Positions 20,898-31,458 of a stretch of 64,000 nt of DNA are shown here, piece by piece. The notes under the pieces are model-generated. The model was not told the origin of the DNA, searched no databases, and saw only the letters and a program-made list of their open reading frames with translations. Where the stretch lies: NCBI GenBank assembly GCA_963719495.1, contig CAVRCI010000004.1:256001-320000 (forward strand), in the 5' to 3' direction. The position numbers were made by a program, and so were the translations under genes. The stretch comes from an uncultured Verrucomicrobiae bacterium (lineage in GTDB: Bacteria; Verrucomicrobiota; Verrucomicrobiia; Chthoniobacterales; JAATET01). How positions within the stretch are numbered: the stretch's first letter is position 1; each line of letters begins with the position of its first letter.

Positions 20898-21647
20898 ATG
20901 AAAAACGGCAGATCTTTGGACCTCGAATTTGCGGAACCGGACGAACCGGGAAATCGGATTGCGGAAGAGGATGCGCGGGCGTTGGTGCGTTTGCTGGGGG
21001 CGGTCTGCACGCAGAGCGACGAGCACTTGGCGCGGAAAGTTTTTTTGCTCAACGGACTCTGCGAGTTGATCGGGGCGTCGGCCTGGGTGTCGAATCCGCA
21101 CGGGTCGTCGGAGGGGGCGACGGGCGAAGTGACGGCTCGAGAGGTGGTTTTTCAGAATACGAACCTTGCGCGGTTGCGGGGCGGGGCGGAGGACCCGGGC
21201 CAGGGCGAGGGGATGGTCGGGAGGTGGGGGGAGATCGGACCCGCGATTTTTTCGGTTTGGGAGCTGGGGGAGAATCGGTTCAGTGCCGTTGTGATCTATC
21301 GGGCCGAGGGGGCAGCAATTTTTTCGGAGCGAGAAGCGCGGCTGGTTCACATCGTCCTCTCCGAGGTGCCGTGGCTGCACGAGACGGGGTGGTCCGTGGG
21401 TCGGAGTGAGGAACCGGTGAGGCTCCCGGCGCGCGAGTTGGTGGTCCTGAATCTGCTGCTGCGGGGGGAGAGTCGGAAGGCGATCTCGGACGCCCTGGCG
21501 ATCTCGGTGAACACGGTGGCCAGTTACGCCCGCGACACGTATCGGCGCTTTGGGGTGCGGTCGCAGGCGGAGTTGATCCATCGCTTCAAAGGGCGGGTGC
21601 CGATGAACGTGAGGAATAGCGTCGTGACCTCCGCTTCGACTGGCTAG
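20898..21647 (+). CDS. LuxR-family HTH regulator (paralogue 3, shorter central region)
   Basis: [49 protein letters not shown]. Confidence 0.85.
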   Translation: MKNGRSLDLEFAEPDEPGNRIAEEDARALVRLLGAVCTQSDEHLARKVFLLNGLCELIGASAWVSNPHGSSEGATGEVTAREVVFQNTNLARLRGGAEDPGQGEGMVGRWGEIGPAIFSVWELGENRFSAVVIYRAEGAAIFSEREARLVHIVLSEVPWLHETGWSVGRSEEPVRLPARELVVLNLLLRGESRKAISDALAISVNTVASYARDTYRRFGVRSQAELIHRFKGRVPMNVRNSVVTSASTG

Positions 21648-23497
21648 AGGCGGGAGATGAGGAGTTCTCTCTGGAAGACGAGTTCTTTGGGGAGGTGGGC
21701 GTAGAGGCGCATGAAGAGTTCGTCCTGGAGAACGAGTTCGCGGTGCCAATCCTCGGGGCTGATCGTTTGGATCTCGGTGAAGGCGTCCTCGGTCATTTCG
21801 TCCTCGAGGCCGCGGAGGTCGAGGTCCTTGTATTCGGGGACCCAGCCGATGGAGGTCTCGAGCGCGTGGGCGCCGAAGCCGCAGCGCTGGACGATCCACT
21901 TGAGGACGCGCATGTTGTCGCCGAAGCCGGGCCACATGAATTCACCTTCGGGATTCTTGCGGAACCAATTGACGTGGAAGATGCGGGGAATGTGTTTCAC
22001 GGTGCCGCGCATCTCGAGCCAGTGGGCGAAGTATTCGCCCATGTTGTAGCCGCAGAAGGGGAGCATCGCCATGGGGTCGCGGCGGACGGAGCCGGCGGTG
22101 CCCTCGGCGGCGGCGGTCATTTCGGAGCCGACGGTGGCTCCGAGGTAGACGCCGTGGACCCAGTTGAAAGACTGGAAGACGAGCGGCATGGTGGTGGCGC
22201 GGCGTCCGCCGAAGATCATGGCGCTGATCGGGACGCCGTCGGGGTTTTCCCAATCGGGGTCGATGATCGGGCAATTGGAGGCCGGGGCGGTGAAGCGGCT
22301 GTTTGGGTGGCTGGAGAGAATTTTTTTGCCGGCGTCGTCGGTGCGGCCGGGCGTCCAGTCGTTGCCGTGCCAGTCGACGAGGTGGGCGGGAGCTTCTTTG
22401 GTCATTCCCTCCCACCAGACGTCGCCATCGTCGGTGAGCGCGACGTTCGTGAAGATCGTGCCGCTCTTGATGGAATCCATCGCCATGGGGTTAGACGAAT
22501 ACGAGGTGCCGGGGGCGACGCCGAAGAAGCCGGCTTCGGGATTGATGGCGTGGAAGCGGCCGTCGGCGGCGGGTTTGATCCAGGCGATGTCGTCGCCGAC
22601 GCAACTGATTTCCCAGCCTTCGTCCGCGAGTTCCTTCGGCGGGATGAGCATCGCGAAATTGGTCTTGCCGCAGGCGCTCGGGAAGGCGGCGGTGACGTAG
22701 GTCTTCGTGCCGGACGGGTCTTTCACTCCGAGGATGAGCATGTGCTCGGCCATCCAGCCTTCGTCGCGGGCCATGACGCTGGCGATGCGGAGCGCGAAGC
22801 ATTTTTTACCGAGGAGGGCATTGCCGCCGTAGCCGGAGCCGTAGCTCATGATGAGGCGTTCTTCGGGGAAGTGGGTGATGTGGGTGTCGGCTGGGTTGCA
22901 GGGCCAGGGGACGTCGGTGTCGCCGGGGGCGAGCGGGGCGCCGACGGAGTGGAGGCATTTGACGAAAAACCCGTCGGTGCCGATGTGCTCGAGCACGGCG
23001 GCGCCCATGCGGGTCATGATGCGCATGTTCGCGACGACGTAGGGGCTGTCGCTGATCTCGACGCCGTATTGCGCGATGGGCGAGCCGAGCGGGCCCATGC
23101 AGAACGGGACGACGTAGAGGGTGCGTCCGCGCATGCAGCCTTGGAAAAGGCCGTGGAGCTTGGTCTTCATCGTCGAGGGTTCCTCCCAATTATTGGTCGG
23201 GCCGGCGTCCTTTGCCGTGCGGGAGCAGATGAAGGTGCGGCTCTCGACGCGGGCGACGTCGCGGGGGTCGGAGCGGACGAGGACGGAATCGGGGCGCTTG
23301 GTTTCGTCGAGCCAGACGGCGGCTCCGGAGTCGACGAGGAGCTGGCGCATGCGCTTGTCCTCCTCGGGCGATCCGTCGCAGAGGACGACGTCGGCGGGCT
23401 CGGTGAGCGTGGCGATTTCGGCGACCCAGGCTTGGAGGTGCGGGTGGGCGGGGCAGAGGGTCTGGAGTTTTTCGACGAGGGAGAGGCTGGAATTCAT
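21644..23497 (-). CDS. pckG: Phosphoenolpyruvate carboxykinase (GTP)
   Basis: [47 protein letters not shown]. Confidence 0.97.
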   Translation of the reverse strand: MNSSLSLVEKLQTLCPAHPHLQAWVAEIATLTEPADVVLCDGSPEEDKRMRQLLVDSGAAVWLDETKRPDSVLVRSDPRDVARVESRTFICSRTAKDAGPTNNWEEPSTMKTKLHGLFQGCMRGRTLYVVPFCMGPLGSPIAQYGVEISDSPYVVANMRIMTRMGAAVLEHIGTDGFFVKCLHSVGAPLAPGDTDVPWPCNPADTHITHFPEERLIMSYGSGYGGNALLGKKCFALRIASVMARDEGWMAEHMLILGVKDPSGTKTYVTAAFPSACGKTNFAMLIPPKELADEGWEISCVGDDIAWIKPAADGRFHAINPEAGFFGVAPGTSYSSNPMAMDSIKSGTIFTNVALTDDGDVWWEGMTKEAPAHLVDWHGNDWTPGRTDDAGKKILSSHPNSRFTAPASNCPIIDPDWENPDGVPISAMIFGGRRATTMPLVFQSFNWVHGVYLGATVGSEMTAAAEGTAGSVRRDPMAMLPFCGYNMGEYFAHWLEMRGTVKHIPRIFHVNWFRKNPEGEFMWPGFGDNMRVLKWIVQRCGFGAHALETSIGWVPEYKDLDLRGLEDEMTEDAFTEIQTISPEDWHRELVLQDELFMRLYAHLPKELVFQRELLISRL

Positions 23498-23720
23498 TGG
23501 GGCGGGCGTGGGTTTGGAGCCGACCAGTTCACTGGGCGGGGGGCGGGGGGGCAAGGAAGTTCGGGGGAAGTGCCGCCTTCGGCGGATAGGTTTGGTGTCT
23601 CGGGCGGGACGCCCTCGACGGCAGGCGGGACGCCCGCCGCTCCCCAGCTCCCGTCCGCGGGATTCGTTCATGCTTCGACTTGTGCGAAGGCTCTGGCGCG
23701 GATACTTTTTTGCTCTTACG

Positions 23721-24584
23721 ATGATCGGTGGACAAAACTCTGAGGATTACTATCCGATCACTTGGGTCGGGCGGTTTCCCGTTTATCTGACGACCCTGCT
23801 GGTCGCGGTGCACGCGGCGTGTTTGGTGGCGACGGCTTTGCTGCTGGGCTTTGGCGGGGAGGGGCTGGTGCGGGCGCTGACGTTTTCGAGTGTCAGCGTG
23901 CTCGCGGATTTCACGATCTGGCAGTTCGTGACTTACGCGTTCGTCAGCGATCCTCGGGGGGCGATCTGGTTTCTTGTCGGGTTGTATTTCCTGTTCGTCT
24001 TCGGACGGGAGGTGGAGAAATTTCTCGGGCGGAAGGCTTTCATTTATCTCTACCTTGCGTTGCTGTTGGCGGCGCCATTGGTGCTGATGGCGGCGGGGGC
24101 TCTCGGGTATCCGCAGGTTTATCAGGGGGCCAGCGCGATTCATTTTGGGATCTTCATCGCGTTCGTCGTGATCTACCCGAGCGCGGAGATTTTTTTCGGG
24201 ATCCAAGCCAAGTGGGTTGCGCTCGTGCTGCTCGGCATCAATTCGCTGCAATACCTGCCGGTTAATGATTGGGCCGGGCTGAGCGTGCTCTGGGTCGAGG
24301 TCGGCTGCGCCTACGGGATGATGCGATTGCGCGGGGTGAGTGGTTTTGGGATGCCGTTCGAGACTTGGGAAATGCCGCGCGAGCGGCCGGTGAAGCGGGG
24401 TCCGGCGAAGTCGGCGCGATCCGCGAGGGCCGCGAAAACGGAGGAGGAGGATCCCTACGCTTCGATCGATCCGCTGTTGGAAAAAATCTCCCGGGCGGGC
24501 ATCGGCAGCCTGACGAAGCGGGAGCGCGAGCGGCTGGAAAAGGCGCGCGAGGTGTTGCTCGAGCGGGAGAAGAAGGTCTCGTGA
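23721..24584 (+). CDS. Rhomboid-family membrane protein with a C-terminal [13 protein letters not shown] domain
   Basis: [19 protein letters not shown]. Confidence 0.8.
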   Translation: MIGGQNSEDYYPITWVGRFPVYLTTLLVAVHAACLVATALLLGFGGEGLVRALTFSSVSVLADFTIWQFVTYAFVSDPRGAIWFLVGLYFLFVFGREVEKFLGRKAFIYLYLALLLAAPLVLMAAGALGYPQVYQGASAIHFGIFIAFVVIYPSAEIFFGIQAKWVALVLLGINSLQYLPVNDWAGLSVLWVEVGCAYGMMRLRGVSGFGMPFETWEMPRERPVKRGPAKSARSARAAKTEEEDPYASIDPLLEKISRAGIGSLTKRERERLEKAREVLLEREKKVS

Positions 24585-25309
24585 GCGACGGAGGCGAGGA
24601 AGCCAAGCCGAGAATGCGCGAGGCGGGTTCCAGCGGGATGCCGCTGCCGAGCTTGAAAGATCCGTGCTACGTGAATGCGATGATTCACCTATATCGCGGG
24701 GAGTTGGGGCGAATCATGATCTGGCGTCAGCGCCTGGACGTGACGACGACGTGGGCGATCACGAGCACGACGACGATCGTGACGGTGGCGTATTCGTTCC
24801 CGTCGATCCCGCACATCATCTTCTTTTTCAACATCGCGCTCGTGTCGGTGATGTTGTGGATCGAGGCGCGACGGTTTCGGTTTTACGACGCGTTTCGCGG
24901 GCGGGTGCGGATGCTCGAGTCGCACTTCATGATGCCGATGATCGCGCAGAGCGACCGGTTGCTCGAAGGGGAGTGGCGGCGGTTGGTGTGTCAGGATCTG
25001 GTGTTGCCGTGCTTCAAGATTTCGAAACTCGAGGCGGTGGGGCGGCGGATGAAGCGGAATTACGTCTTCATCTACGCGATCATCATGGTCGCGTGGCTCG
25101 GCAAGGTCTTCATGCACGCGGACCCGCCGATCACGGGAATCGGGAGTTTTTACGACGCGTTGGCGGTGCAGGCGCTGCCGGCGTGGTTGGCGGCGGTGAT
25201 CTTTGGGACGACGGTGCTGGGCGTGTCGGCGCTGACGATTTACGTGATTGGGCGGACGCCGGAGGAAGTGTCGGAATTCGGTGGCAAGGCGTCGTTGTGG
25301 CGGACGTGA
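24581..25309 (+). CDS. DUF2270-like integral membrane protein
   Basis: HLYRGE..R...WRQRLD.TT.WA, IEARRFRFY. Confidence 0.85.
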   Translation: MSDGGEEAKPRMREAGSSGMPLPSLKDPCYVNAMIHLYRGELGRIMIWRQRLDVTTTWAITSTTTIVTVAYSFPSIPHIIFFFNIALVSVMLWIEARRFRFYDAFRGRVRMLESHFMMPMIAQSDRLLEGEWRRLVCQDLVLPCFKISKLEAVGRRMKRNYVFIYAIIMVAWLGKVFMHADPPITGIGSFYDALAVQALPAWLAAVIFGTTVLGVSALTIYVIGRTPEEVSEFGGKASLWRT

Positions 25310-26079
25310 GCGGATCGGTCGCCCGGCTGCGGGAGATTTGCGCGCGATTGCGCGCGCCGGACGGGTGCGCGTGGGATCGCGAGCAGACGCACGCGTCGCT
25401 CAAGTCGGCGCTGGTCGAAGAGTGCTACGAAGTGATCGATGCGATCGACGCGGGGGACGACGTGAATTTCTGCGAGGAACTCGGCGACCTGCTGCTGCAC
25501 GTCGTGATGCACTCCGAGATGGCGGCGGAGCGGGAGGCGTTCGCGTTCGACGCGGTGGTGGACGGGATTTGTGAGAAATTGATCCGGCGGCATCCGCACG
25601 TTTTCGGCGACGCGACGGCGTCGGGATCGGACGAGGTGCTGCGGCAGTGGGAGCAAATCAAACGCGCCGAGAAGGGCGACGGAGCGTCCGTGATGGATGG
25701 ACTGCCGAAGGCGCTGCCGGCGCTGATGCGGGCGCAGAAAGTTCAGAAGAAGGCGGCGCGAGTGGGCTTCGATTGGGATGGGGTCGGGCCGGTCTTCGGG
25801 AAGGTGGCCGAGGAAAGCGAGGAGGTGCGGATGGCCGCCGAGTCGGGCGACGCGGACGCCGTGCGCGAGGAATTGGGCGATCTGCTCTTCAGCGTCGTGA
25901 ATTTGTCGCGGAAGCTGGGCGTCGACGCCGAACTCGCTCTGACGGAAGCGACGAACAAATTCGCGCGCCGCTTCCGCGGCGTCGAGTCGGCGGTGCGGGC
26001 GACGGGGCGAGCCGTCGAAGATTGTTCGTTGGTGGAGCTCGACGCGCATTGGGACGCCGGGAAAGCGGCTCGAGGGTAA
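25306..26079 (+). CDS. mazG: Nucleoside triphosphate pyrophosphohydrolase MazG
   Basis: LR..GC.WDREQT, EE.YEV, EELGDLL, KLIRRHPHVF, GFDW. Confidence 0.95.
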   Translation: MSGSVARLREICARLRAPDGCAWDREQTHASLKSALVEECYEVIDAIDAGDDVNFCEELGDLLLHVVMHSEMAAEREAFAFDAVVDGICEKLIRRHPHVFGDATASGSDEVLRQWEQIKRAEKGDGASVMDGLPKALPALMRAQKVQKKAARVGFDWDGVGPVFGKVAEESEEVRMAAESGDADAVREELGDLLFSVVNLSRKLGVDAELALTEATNKFARRFRGVESAVRATGRAVEDCSLVELDAHWDAGKAARG

Positions 26080-26082
26080 ACC

Positions 26083-27084
26083 GTGTTTGCGGTGTTGAAT
26101 CCCCGGGGGCGCGACCCCGAGCAGCTGTTTGCGGAAGGCGCGGGAGTGCCGGACGACGACGCGCACCCACCGGTGAATTACCACGGATACGCGGCGTGCC
26201 TGCGGGGTGGATTTTACCGCAGCGTGGACCGCGTGCCGGAGTCGGCGACGGACGTGCTGGTGTTGCTGCGGAAAAAAAACCTGCGCGCCGCGCTCGGGTC
26301 GATCGCCACGATCCGGGCGCGCGGTGGGCGGGCCTGGGTGTCGCTCAAGGAATCGGGACAGCACCAGATCGCGGATTTTCTCGACGACCCGGTGCGGCTG
26401 GAATTGTTCTTTGAGATCGCGGAGCGGGCGACCGGCTACGTGTCCAGCACGGGTCCGGCGCAGACCGTGTATCGGAACGCGGGGTTCGCGCGCGGGGCTT
26501 TCGTTCCGACGCCGTATCCGGTCGCGGAGGATGCGTGGGATTTTGGGATTCCTCTGGGGGAGCGGAACGGGATTTTCATTGGGACGCGGGAGTTCGACGT
26601 GCCGAGCCGACGGCACGCGGAGACGCTACTGGCGGCCGAGCGGCTTTCGCGGCGGCTTGAAGTGCCGGTGGCCGTGGTCAACTTGGTCGGGCGAACGGGC
26701 GGGATGCGGCTCAACCGGATCCGGCGGGATAATCCGCTGTTTTTCATCATCGACGGGCCACTGGATTATCCGATGTATCTGCGGCTGATGGCGTCGCACC
26801 GGGTGGCGTTTCAGCTCGATCGGAGCGCGGTGCCGGGGCAGGTCGCGGGCGACGCGTTGCTGGCCCGGATGCCGTGCGTCGGCGGGAACGGGGCGATCGA
26901 CGAGTTGGTCTTTGGCGACGACGCCGGGCTGGACACGAAGGCGGCCGTGGCGAGGGTCGAGGAGCTTCTCGCCGACGATGCGGCTCACGCCCGCGCGGTC
27001 GGGGCGGCGTTGGACCGGGCGGCGGAGAGCGTGTCGTTCGCGGCGGGGGCGGCGCGTCTGCGGGCGCTATTCGACGGGGAGTGA
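26083..27084 (+). CDS. Hypothetical protein, glycosyltransferase (GT-B)-like C-terminus
   Basis: Long ORF in operon; LDRS.VPGQVAGDALL..MPCVGG resembles a GT donor-binding segment. Confidence 0.6.
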   Translation: MFAVLNPRGRDPEQLFAEGAGVPDDDAHPPVNYHGYAACLRGGFYRSVDRVPESATDVLVLLRKKNLRAALGSIATIRARGGRAWVSLKESGQHQIADFLDDPVRLELFFEIAERATGYVSSTGPAQTVYRNAGFARGAFVPTPYPVAEDAWDFGIPLGERNGIFIGTREFDVPSRRHAETLLAAERLSRRLEVPVAVVNLVGRTGGMRLNRIRRDNPLFFIIDGPLDYPMYLRLMASHRVAFQLDRSAVPGQVAGDALLARMPCVGGNGAIDELVFGDDAGLDTKAAVARVEELLADDAAHARAVGAALDRAAESVSFAAGAARLRALFDGE

Positions 27085-28272
27085 CTCGCCGCGAAGATCG
27101 AGGACGCGGACGATCGTCTCTTCGATGAGGTTGTTCGGGCAGGAGGCTCCGGCGGTGATGCCGACGGTGAGGGGACCGTCGATCGGCAGCCAGGCGGAGC
27201 GGGTCCGCTCGGTGTGCGACCGGAGGTCGAAGCAGTCGATGAGGTCGGCGGAGTGCAGGCACCCGGAGTTGCGGACGAAGTAGGTCGGCACCGAGCGCTC
27301 GCCGATTTCCGCGAGGTGGGTGGTGTTCGAGCTGTTGTAACCGCCCACGACGAGGAGGAGGTCGAGTCGGTCGTCGAGCAGCCCGAAGAGGGCGTCCTGA
27401 CGGTCCTGGGTCGCGCCGCAGATCGTGTCGAAGAAGCGAAAATTATCCGCCGCGCCCGCGTCGCGCTCTTCGATGGCGGCGCGGAGGCGCCGCTGGACCT
27501 CTTCGGTTTCGCTGCGGAGCATCGTGGTCTGATTCGCCACGCCGACGCGTTGCAGGTGGAGGTCGGGGTCGAAGCCCGGCGACGTGGCGTTTGCAAAGTG
27601 CTCGAGGAACGCGGTCCGGTCGCCGCGACCGCGGATGTAGTCGCCGACCAGCTCGGTCTCCGCGAGATCGAGAACGACGAGGTAGTGGCCCTTCCCGTCG
27701 CCGAGCGCGCGCGAGGCGGTGGCCCGGGTCTCCTCGTGGGCGGATTTGCCGTGGATGATCGAGGTGACGTCCTCGCGGGAATTCTGGCGCACGCGTTTCC
27801 ACACGCTCATCACGTCGCCGCAGGTCGTGTCGACGATCTGGCAGCCGATCTGCTTGATGCCGTTGATGATCTGAATCTCGCTGCCGAAGGCCGGGACGAT
27901 CACGACGTCGTCCGGCGTGAGGGTCGCGAGGTCGGCCTCGGCGTTGGTCCCAATGAGGTTGAGAATGCCCATGGCGGCGATCTGCTGATTGACGTCGGGG
28001 TTGTGGATGATCTCGCCGAGGATGAAGATCCGGCGTTCGGGGAAGACCTTGCGCGCGGCGTAAGCGAGGTCGATCGCGCGTTCGACTCCGTAGCAAAATC
28101 CAAACTCCTTCGCGAGCCGCACGGTGGTCGCGCCGACCTTCATCGAGCCGGCCTCGGCGCGAATTCGTTCGACGAGCGAGCTGCGGTAGTGGCGTTCCAC
28201 CTCGGCCTGGACGCGCTCCATGACTTCGGGGGTGCGGAGGTTCACGCGGGGTGGCTTGACGGGTGCGGACAC
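27067..28272 (-). CDS. ispH: 4-hydroxy-3-methylbut-2-enyl diphosphate reductase
   Basis: FGFCYGVERA, EIIHN, DTTC, HEE, NQTT, TICGATQDRQ, SSNT, AGASCP; start placed at GTG 28272. Confidence 0.95.
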   Translation of the reverse strand: MSAPVKPPRVNLRTPEVMERVQAEVERHYRSSLVERIRAEAGSMKVGATTVRLAKEFGFCYGVERAIDLAYAARKVFPERRIFILGEIIHNPDVNQQIAAMGILNLIGTNAEADLATLTPDDVVIVPAFGSEIQIINGIKQIGCQIVDTTCGDVMSVWKRVRQNSREDVTSIIHGKSAHEETRATASRALGDGKGHYLVVLDLAETELVGDYIRGRGDRTAFLEHFANATSPGFDPDLHLQRVGVANQTTMLRSETEEVQRRLRAAIEERDAGAADNFRFFDTICGATQDRQDALFGLLDDRLDLLLVVGGYNSSNTTHLAEIGERSVPTYFVRNSGCLHSADLIDCFDLRSHTERTRSAWLPIDGPLTVGITAGASCPNNLIEETIVRVLDLRGESLPVE

Positions 28273-28388
28273 GGCTCTGAGGAACGGCAAATTGGCGATT
28301 TTGTCAAACGTGAGGCTTTCGCCCGATCTGGCTTTGAACTGAGAAAACGACTGGAAACGGCGATGATTCGTGGCCATCTTCTCCCCGT

Positions 28389-29963
28389 ATGTCCGAAGAG
28401 CCAAATTCTCCCGCCCGCTTTCCCATCTGGATCATTGGAGTCGTCATCGGCGTTGTCGTGGGTGGCGCGCTGATCTTCGGCCTGAGCCGATCGTCGGCGC
28501 CGATGGATGAGACGCTCGCAGTGCCCGTGGCCGACGGAGCCGCGCCCTTGGCGCCGGCCATGACCGTCGGGCCGACGGGTGCCGTCGCTCCCGCCATGAT
28601 CGTCGACGACGGGGCCACGATCGAGGAATGGGAGGCGCGAATCGCCGCGGCGACGCCGGAGAAATACGCCGATCTGATGGCGCAGGCGGTCAAGATCGGC
28701 GACGCCGGGGTGCGCCAGCAAGCTGTCCAGAAATTACTCCTCACGTGGTTGAACGCCGACCAGCCCGGTTTCCTGGACTTCCTCGACGACGCGGAGTTCA
28801 GCGAATCCGAGGGCAGCGAATTCTGGCCCGCGCTCGTCCCGGCCGCCGCCGAGGTGCTGCCGAGTGTGAGCGAGGCCGCGGCGGGTCAGCCCGATCTCGA
28901 CGAGATCGTGCAGTGGATGGTCGAATACTACGCCGAGATGGATCCCGCGCAGGCCGCCGAGTGGGCGAACAAATGGCTGCTCGACGATTCGAAGAACTAC
29001 GCGCTGGCGACCATCGCCGGCGAGCTGGCGACCCAATCGCTCGCCGACGCCGAGACTCTCCTGGCGGGAATCGAATCGCCCGACGCGCGACTCGAGGCCG
29101 TGATGAACATCGGGGCGACTCTGGCGCAATCCGACAGCGACGCCGCCCTCGAGTGGGCGCGGAGCCTGCCGAACGAAGAGGAGCGATCCTCCGCGCTCGA
29201 GGAGGTTCTCTGGAGCATGTCGGAGACCGATCCGAGTGAGGCCGCGGCGCAAATCGTGGCATCCGGCGATCCGGGTCAGCTCGACGCGGTGAGCGGATCG
29301 ATCGCCGAGGAATGGGCGATCAAGGAGCCGAAGAAAGCGGTGGACTGGGCCGAGACCCTCCCGGCGGGAGCGGCGCGCGAAGAGGCGATTCAAGGTGCGC
29401 TCGCGGGCTGGGCGGAGAACGACCCCAAGGCCGCGTTCGCCTATTATCAGCAGAACTACGGGACGAACCTCGAGACCGCTGAGTGGATTTTCGATTCCTG
29501 GGCCTTCAACGATCCGCAGACCGCCGCGACCGAGGTGCTCAAAATTTCGAACCCGCGGATGCGGGAGCGCGCCGTCTCCGGAGTCGTCAGCGGCTGGCTG
29601 GACGAGGGGTCGACCACGGAGGCGGTCGAGCGCTGGGTCGACGCCTTGCCTCCGGGCCGCGAGCGGGACCAGGCCTCCTTCGCGATCGTCGACATGCTGA
29701 GCTTCGACTCGCCGAACGAGGCGTGGACGCGGGCGGCGACCATCCGCGAACCCGAAGTCCGGAGCGAAGCGATCCAGTCGGCTTTCGCCGGGTTGGTCGA
29801 CGTCGATCCGGCCCGGGCCCGCACCGTGCTGAACAATTCGAACCTGTCGCCGGACGAGATCCGGCAGCTCGAGGGCCAGCTCGAGGGCGGATCGATCGGC
29901 GGACCGACCCCGGGCGCGCAGACGCAGCCGCCGACGGCCCCGAGCATTCCCCAGGCACCCTGA
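28389..29963 (+). CDS. Membrane-anchored acidic alpha-helical repeat protein
   Basis: N-terminal TM; repeated W...DP..A..W...LP....R motifs. Confidence 0.7.
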   Translation: MSEEPNSPARFPIWIIGVVIGVVVGGALIFGLSRSSAPMDETLAVPVADGAAPLAPAMTVGPTGAVAPAMIVDDGATIEEWEARIAAATPEKYADLMAQAVKIGDAGVRQQAVQKLLLTWLNADQPGFLDFLDDAEFSESEGSEFWPALVPAAAEVLPSVSEAAAGQPDLDEIVQWMVEYYAEMDPAQAAEWANKWLLDDSKNYALATIAGELATQSLADAETLLAGIESPDARLEAVMNIGATLAQSDSDAALEWARSLPNEEERSSALEEVLWSMSETDPSEAAAQIVASGDPGQLDAVSGSIAEEWAIKEPKKAVDWAETLPAGAAREEAIQGALAGWAENDPKAAFAYYQQNYGTNLETAEWIFDSWAFNDPQTAATEVLKISNPRMRERAVSGVVSGWLDEGSTTEAVERWVDALPPGRERDQASFAIVDMLSFDSPNEAWTRAATIREPEVRSEAIQSAFAGLVDVDPARARTVLNNSNLSPDEIRQLEGQLEGGSIGGPTPGAQTQPPTAPSIPQAP

Positions 29964-30006
29964 TGCGGGGGGGAATTCTGTTGCTTCGGATGGCTCGCGG
30001 ACTACG

Positions 30007-30543
30007 GTGCCCCGCCTGATGATCCGCGAAGACGATTTTCACTACGCCCTAGAGAACACTCGCGTCGTTCGGCAGCCGAATCAGAAGATTCAGACCTTCG
30101 GCACGACGAGCTTCCGCTTTCATCTCGTGACCGAGCTGATGGATCAGATCGACCGGGTCCGCGTGCGGGGCGGCCGCATCGAGGCCCAGAAGCCGACCAT
30201 CGTCTCGCCGCATAACATGTCGAAGCTGATGCTCGACGGCTTCGGCGACGAAGCGAGGGAGTATGCCGATTGGCTGGAGTCGCAGGGGAGGCCGTTGCAA
30301 TTTCTCAAGTACGGTTTCGAGTTTCGGAAGACCAACGTCACCGAGGAGATCGTCCACGCGCCCAAGGAAGAGATCCTGAACCGGATCGCGGCGGAGATGG
30401 ATTCGCGCGACGATCCGATGGAAGCCCTCATCGACGGCGTGGACGACACCTGGGAAGTGTGTCTGCTGAAATTCACCGTCGATCTCATCGCGGAGTCGTC
30501 CGGCGAGAACGTGGAGGACTGGAAGCGGCGCGGCTTGTTGTGA
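30007..30543 (+). CDS. Conserved hypothetical protein
   Basis: Strong coding bias; QTFGTT.F, GVDD.WEV.LLKF. Confidence 0.75.
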   Translation: MPRLMIREDDFHYALENTRVVRQPNQKIQTFGTTSFRFHLVTELMDQIDRVRVRGGRIEAQKPTIVSPHNMSKLMLDGFGDEAREYADWLESQGRPLQFLKYGFEFRKTNVTEEIVHAPKEEILNRIAAEMDSRDDPMEALIDGVDDTWEVCLLKFTVDLIAESSGENVEDWKRRGLL

Positions 30544-30606
30544 GCGGCGCGGCGTGAAGGAGTTAGGCCTTTTCAGCCAGCCCTCCGTTCGGCAGTCTTT
30601 CCGGCA

Positions 30607-31455
30607 ATGAGGCTCGTCAAGGTTGTCGTATTGCTGCTCGTGGTGCTCGGTGTTTTCGGGGGCGCGGCTTTCTTCGCCTACAAGATGTTCGTCGAGCCGG
30701 CGGAGCTCGACCGGGAAGCTGAGATCCGGCAGGAGAACGCACCCGCGCCGACCCCGCTACCCGACTACAGTATCCCACGTTTTGAAGAGGCGCTCGCGAA
30801 AGCGAAGGCCGGGACCGTGCCCGAGGCGCAGGAAACGTTGCGGAATTTCATCGCCGCCTACCCGAAGTCGACCAGGTTGCCGGACGCGAAGGCCGAGCTG
30901 GGGCGAATCAACGTCCAGGAGATTTTCGCGGTGGGCGAGTCGCCCAAGAAGACGATCTATACGGTGCTCAGCGGCGATTCGCTGCTCAAGATCGCGGGCA
31001 AGACCGACTCGAATGGCGAACTGATCATGCGGGCGAACAATCTGCTCTCAATCGATCTGCGGATCGGCCAGACGCTCGTCGTGCCCAAGGTCGCGATGAG
31101 CATCTTCGTCGACCGGGAGGCGAAGACGCTCACGCTGCTCGACGGGGGGAACTTTTTTAAGGAATACCCGGTGCTTTCGCTCAAGGCGAGCGGCTCGGTC
31201 GGGACGCCGGTCGACGCGACCGTGAGCGACCGGCTGGCCATGCGGGAGTCGGACCGGGTGGCCTTCGGCAGCGGCGGCTACGCGGGCTCCGAGCGCTGGT
31301 TGATGTTGAGCGGCGGCGACGTCATCCGCGGCGTGAAGCGCGAAGCCGACGGGAGCATGCCATCGCCGCCGCCGCCCGGCATCGTCCTGGCGAACGAGGA
31401 TATGACCGAGATTTTTCCGTTGGTCGGCCGTGGGGCCGCCGTCACCATCCAGTAG
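30607..31455 (+). CDS. LysM domain protein with TPR-like and YkuD-like regions
   Basis: YTVLSGDSLLKIA...IMRAN...LRIGQTL.VP; C-terminal YkuD-like fold pattern. Confidence 0.8.
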   Translation: MRLVKVVVLLLVVLGVFGGAAFFAYKMFVEPAELDREAEIRQENAPAPTPLPDYSIPRFEEALAKAKAGTVPEAQETLRNFIAAYPKSTRLPDAKAELGRINVQEIFAVGESPKKTIYTVLSGDSLLKIAGKTDSNGELIMRANNLLSIDLRIGQTLVVPKVAMSIFVDREAKTLTLLDGGNFFKEYPVLSLKASGSVGTPVDATVSDRLAMRESDRVAFGSGGYAGSERWLMLSGGDVIRGVKREADGSMPSPPPPGIVLANEDMTEIFPLVGRGAAVTIQ

Positions 31456-31458
31456 ATC

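Noticed and set aside
21695..23743. Long antisense ORFs (682 aa here; also 6544-8679, 10315-12051, 11961-13577, 33854-35116)
   Set aside because: Shadow frames of well-supported genes in high-GC DNA, with no recognisable motifs.
28273..28404. N-terminal extension of IspH (similar extensions on pckG, the rhomboid and GT9 ORFs)
   Set aside because: Longest-ORF artefacts running through promoter or repeat sequence; closer starts or homology limits fit better.
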